From: Perkinsus chesapeaki ATCC PRA-425
Lineage: Eukaryota > Protista > Perkinsozoa
Assembly: GCA_013115145.1 (NCBI GenBank)
Contig: JAAPAO010000084.1
Span: 22,960 to 86,959 of the forward strand
Direction of reading: 5' to 3'
Length of the DNA: 64,000 nucleotides
Part shown: positions 62,737 through 64,000 of the stretch, piece after piece
Layout: each line of letters opens with the position of its first letter
Position numbering within the stretch: position 1 is the stretch's first letter
Program-made: the position numbers and the translations under genes
Notes under the pieces: model-generated
What the model was told of the DNA's origin: nothing
Databases searched by the model: none
Seen by the model: only the letters and a program-made list of their open reading frames with translations

Positions 62737-64000
62737 AGGTGAGGGATCCTGACGATGACAATTTGTCTCTTGAATGAAGCAGTTAAGAAGTGTTTTGCGT
62801 TGAGATAGTAAAGATATCCTCGCAATGCTGCTCACTAGAAAAAACGGTCAAGCGTGCTCGTAGCATTGTGGCCTCCAACTCTGGATAGAACGATCAATTC
62901 ATCTATAGCCTTGCCTGGATTGAACACTGAGAGCCCAGGCGAGTTGAAGAGGGATCTGTCGCCGCCGACCGAGCTCTACCGCGCGTCAACCGGACGATAC
63001 AGTGCTGTAGAAAACCCACCCGTCCAGCGGGACCGTTATCTGAAGCTAATCTGGGAGGAGCGAATAATTAGGAGACCTCTTCTTCTCCAGTTGACACAAA
63101 CTTAACAACAGGCAAACAAGGAGCCTTCGTGAATCTGTCGCAGAAAATTAGCATTTGTCTTGACTTCAAATCTGACCTAACTATGATTTCGCGGCTCCTA
63201 TTGACGAGACATTTCTGCGGTGAGCAGGTTCTATTCAGCATCACTTGCGCACCGACTTTTCAAACCACCTGCGCGAAAAGAAAGGCACTCTCGAAATCGA
63301 CACGGAAAGTGGCGAGCTCACTTTTGAACGTGCCGAACACATGGCGTCCAAATTGAGACTGGTAGAGTCGTACGCGGTGAGGAAGTCCTGTGGAGTAGAA
63401 CAGAGATTCGACTTCCAACTCTCCGACTCAAGAACTCCGCTAAGTGTCCGGCGATCTTGGAGCACGTTGTAGGTCTCACTGTGACCATTATGTACACATG
63501 CGCAGCTACGTGGTACAAGTTTCCCGGCCAATCAAGCCGAGGGTGGTAGAGTTGCGAGCTGGAACAGTGCTGAGTGAAAAGTGCTCCGCTCGGTGACCCA
63601 GGCTCGGTCACGAAGCCTCGGAGACCGGTACTGGGTCACCAAGCTCCGGTGGCGCTTCCTTTAGCTAGAACTTCGCGACCTTCTCAACGCCCATGCGTGA
63701 GCGATCGAGAAGCATATTTGTTTGGATTCTACTTTGGTGGGATCCGTGTATCACATAATCTACGTCACTTGCTTTCCCACGCTCCGCTATGTCGACCATC
63801 GTCGAAGTCCATTCAGTTTGTGGTGTGACTCAGGCTGGCAGTCACATACTTTTCATGTCCTATCAGCAATTGCAGTTCCACGGTGAGTGGCTCTACATTC
63901 CTACAGGCCTGGACCACCACTCATTCTATGGTGTAATTATTCATACCAAACTTCTCTCATTTCTCTTTCTCATAGTCCCCTGCTCTTGCGCCCTGCAAGG

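Noticed and set aside
63245-63640. Short ORF and a 10-bp-arm hairpin near the window end
   Set aside because: No recognisable family, and the stem is short.

Overview
Eukaryotic genomic DNA with many short GT-AG introns and two N gaps. Flagellar genes plus decayed subtilisin and pepsin-family copies suggest a Perkinsus-like alveolate (inference). Bases 1-31 kb are gene-dense and almost all minus-strand: sirtuin, Rieske protein, an 11-kb lectin/discoidin/LamG/EGF gene, a divergent PPOX-like gene, a Cys-rich membrane protein, ODA-DC1/CCDC151, UMP-CMP kinase and a RING+ZZ ligase. Bases 31-57 kb are gene-poor and rearranged: two choline-transporter-like paralogs, a 2.35-kb duplication, a truncated LINE, gamma-glutamyl hydrolase and protease/RING pseudogenes. 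The right end has two tandem PX-BAR genes and SPEF1. The main unexplained signal is about 15 copies of one micro-structure in 34.7-57.2 kb: T[1-7] + revcomp(T) + T[2-8] for an arbitrary 8-mer T, sometimes with longer palindromic extensions. This matches what hAT-type excision (8-bp TSD, flank hairpins) should leave. One copy frameshifts an otherwise intact aspartic protease, one appears split by the LINE, and a related hairpin sits on a chimeric junction. I recognised no transposase, rRNA, tRNA or CRISPR array. Exon boundaries were read by eye and are approximate.
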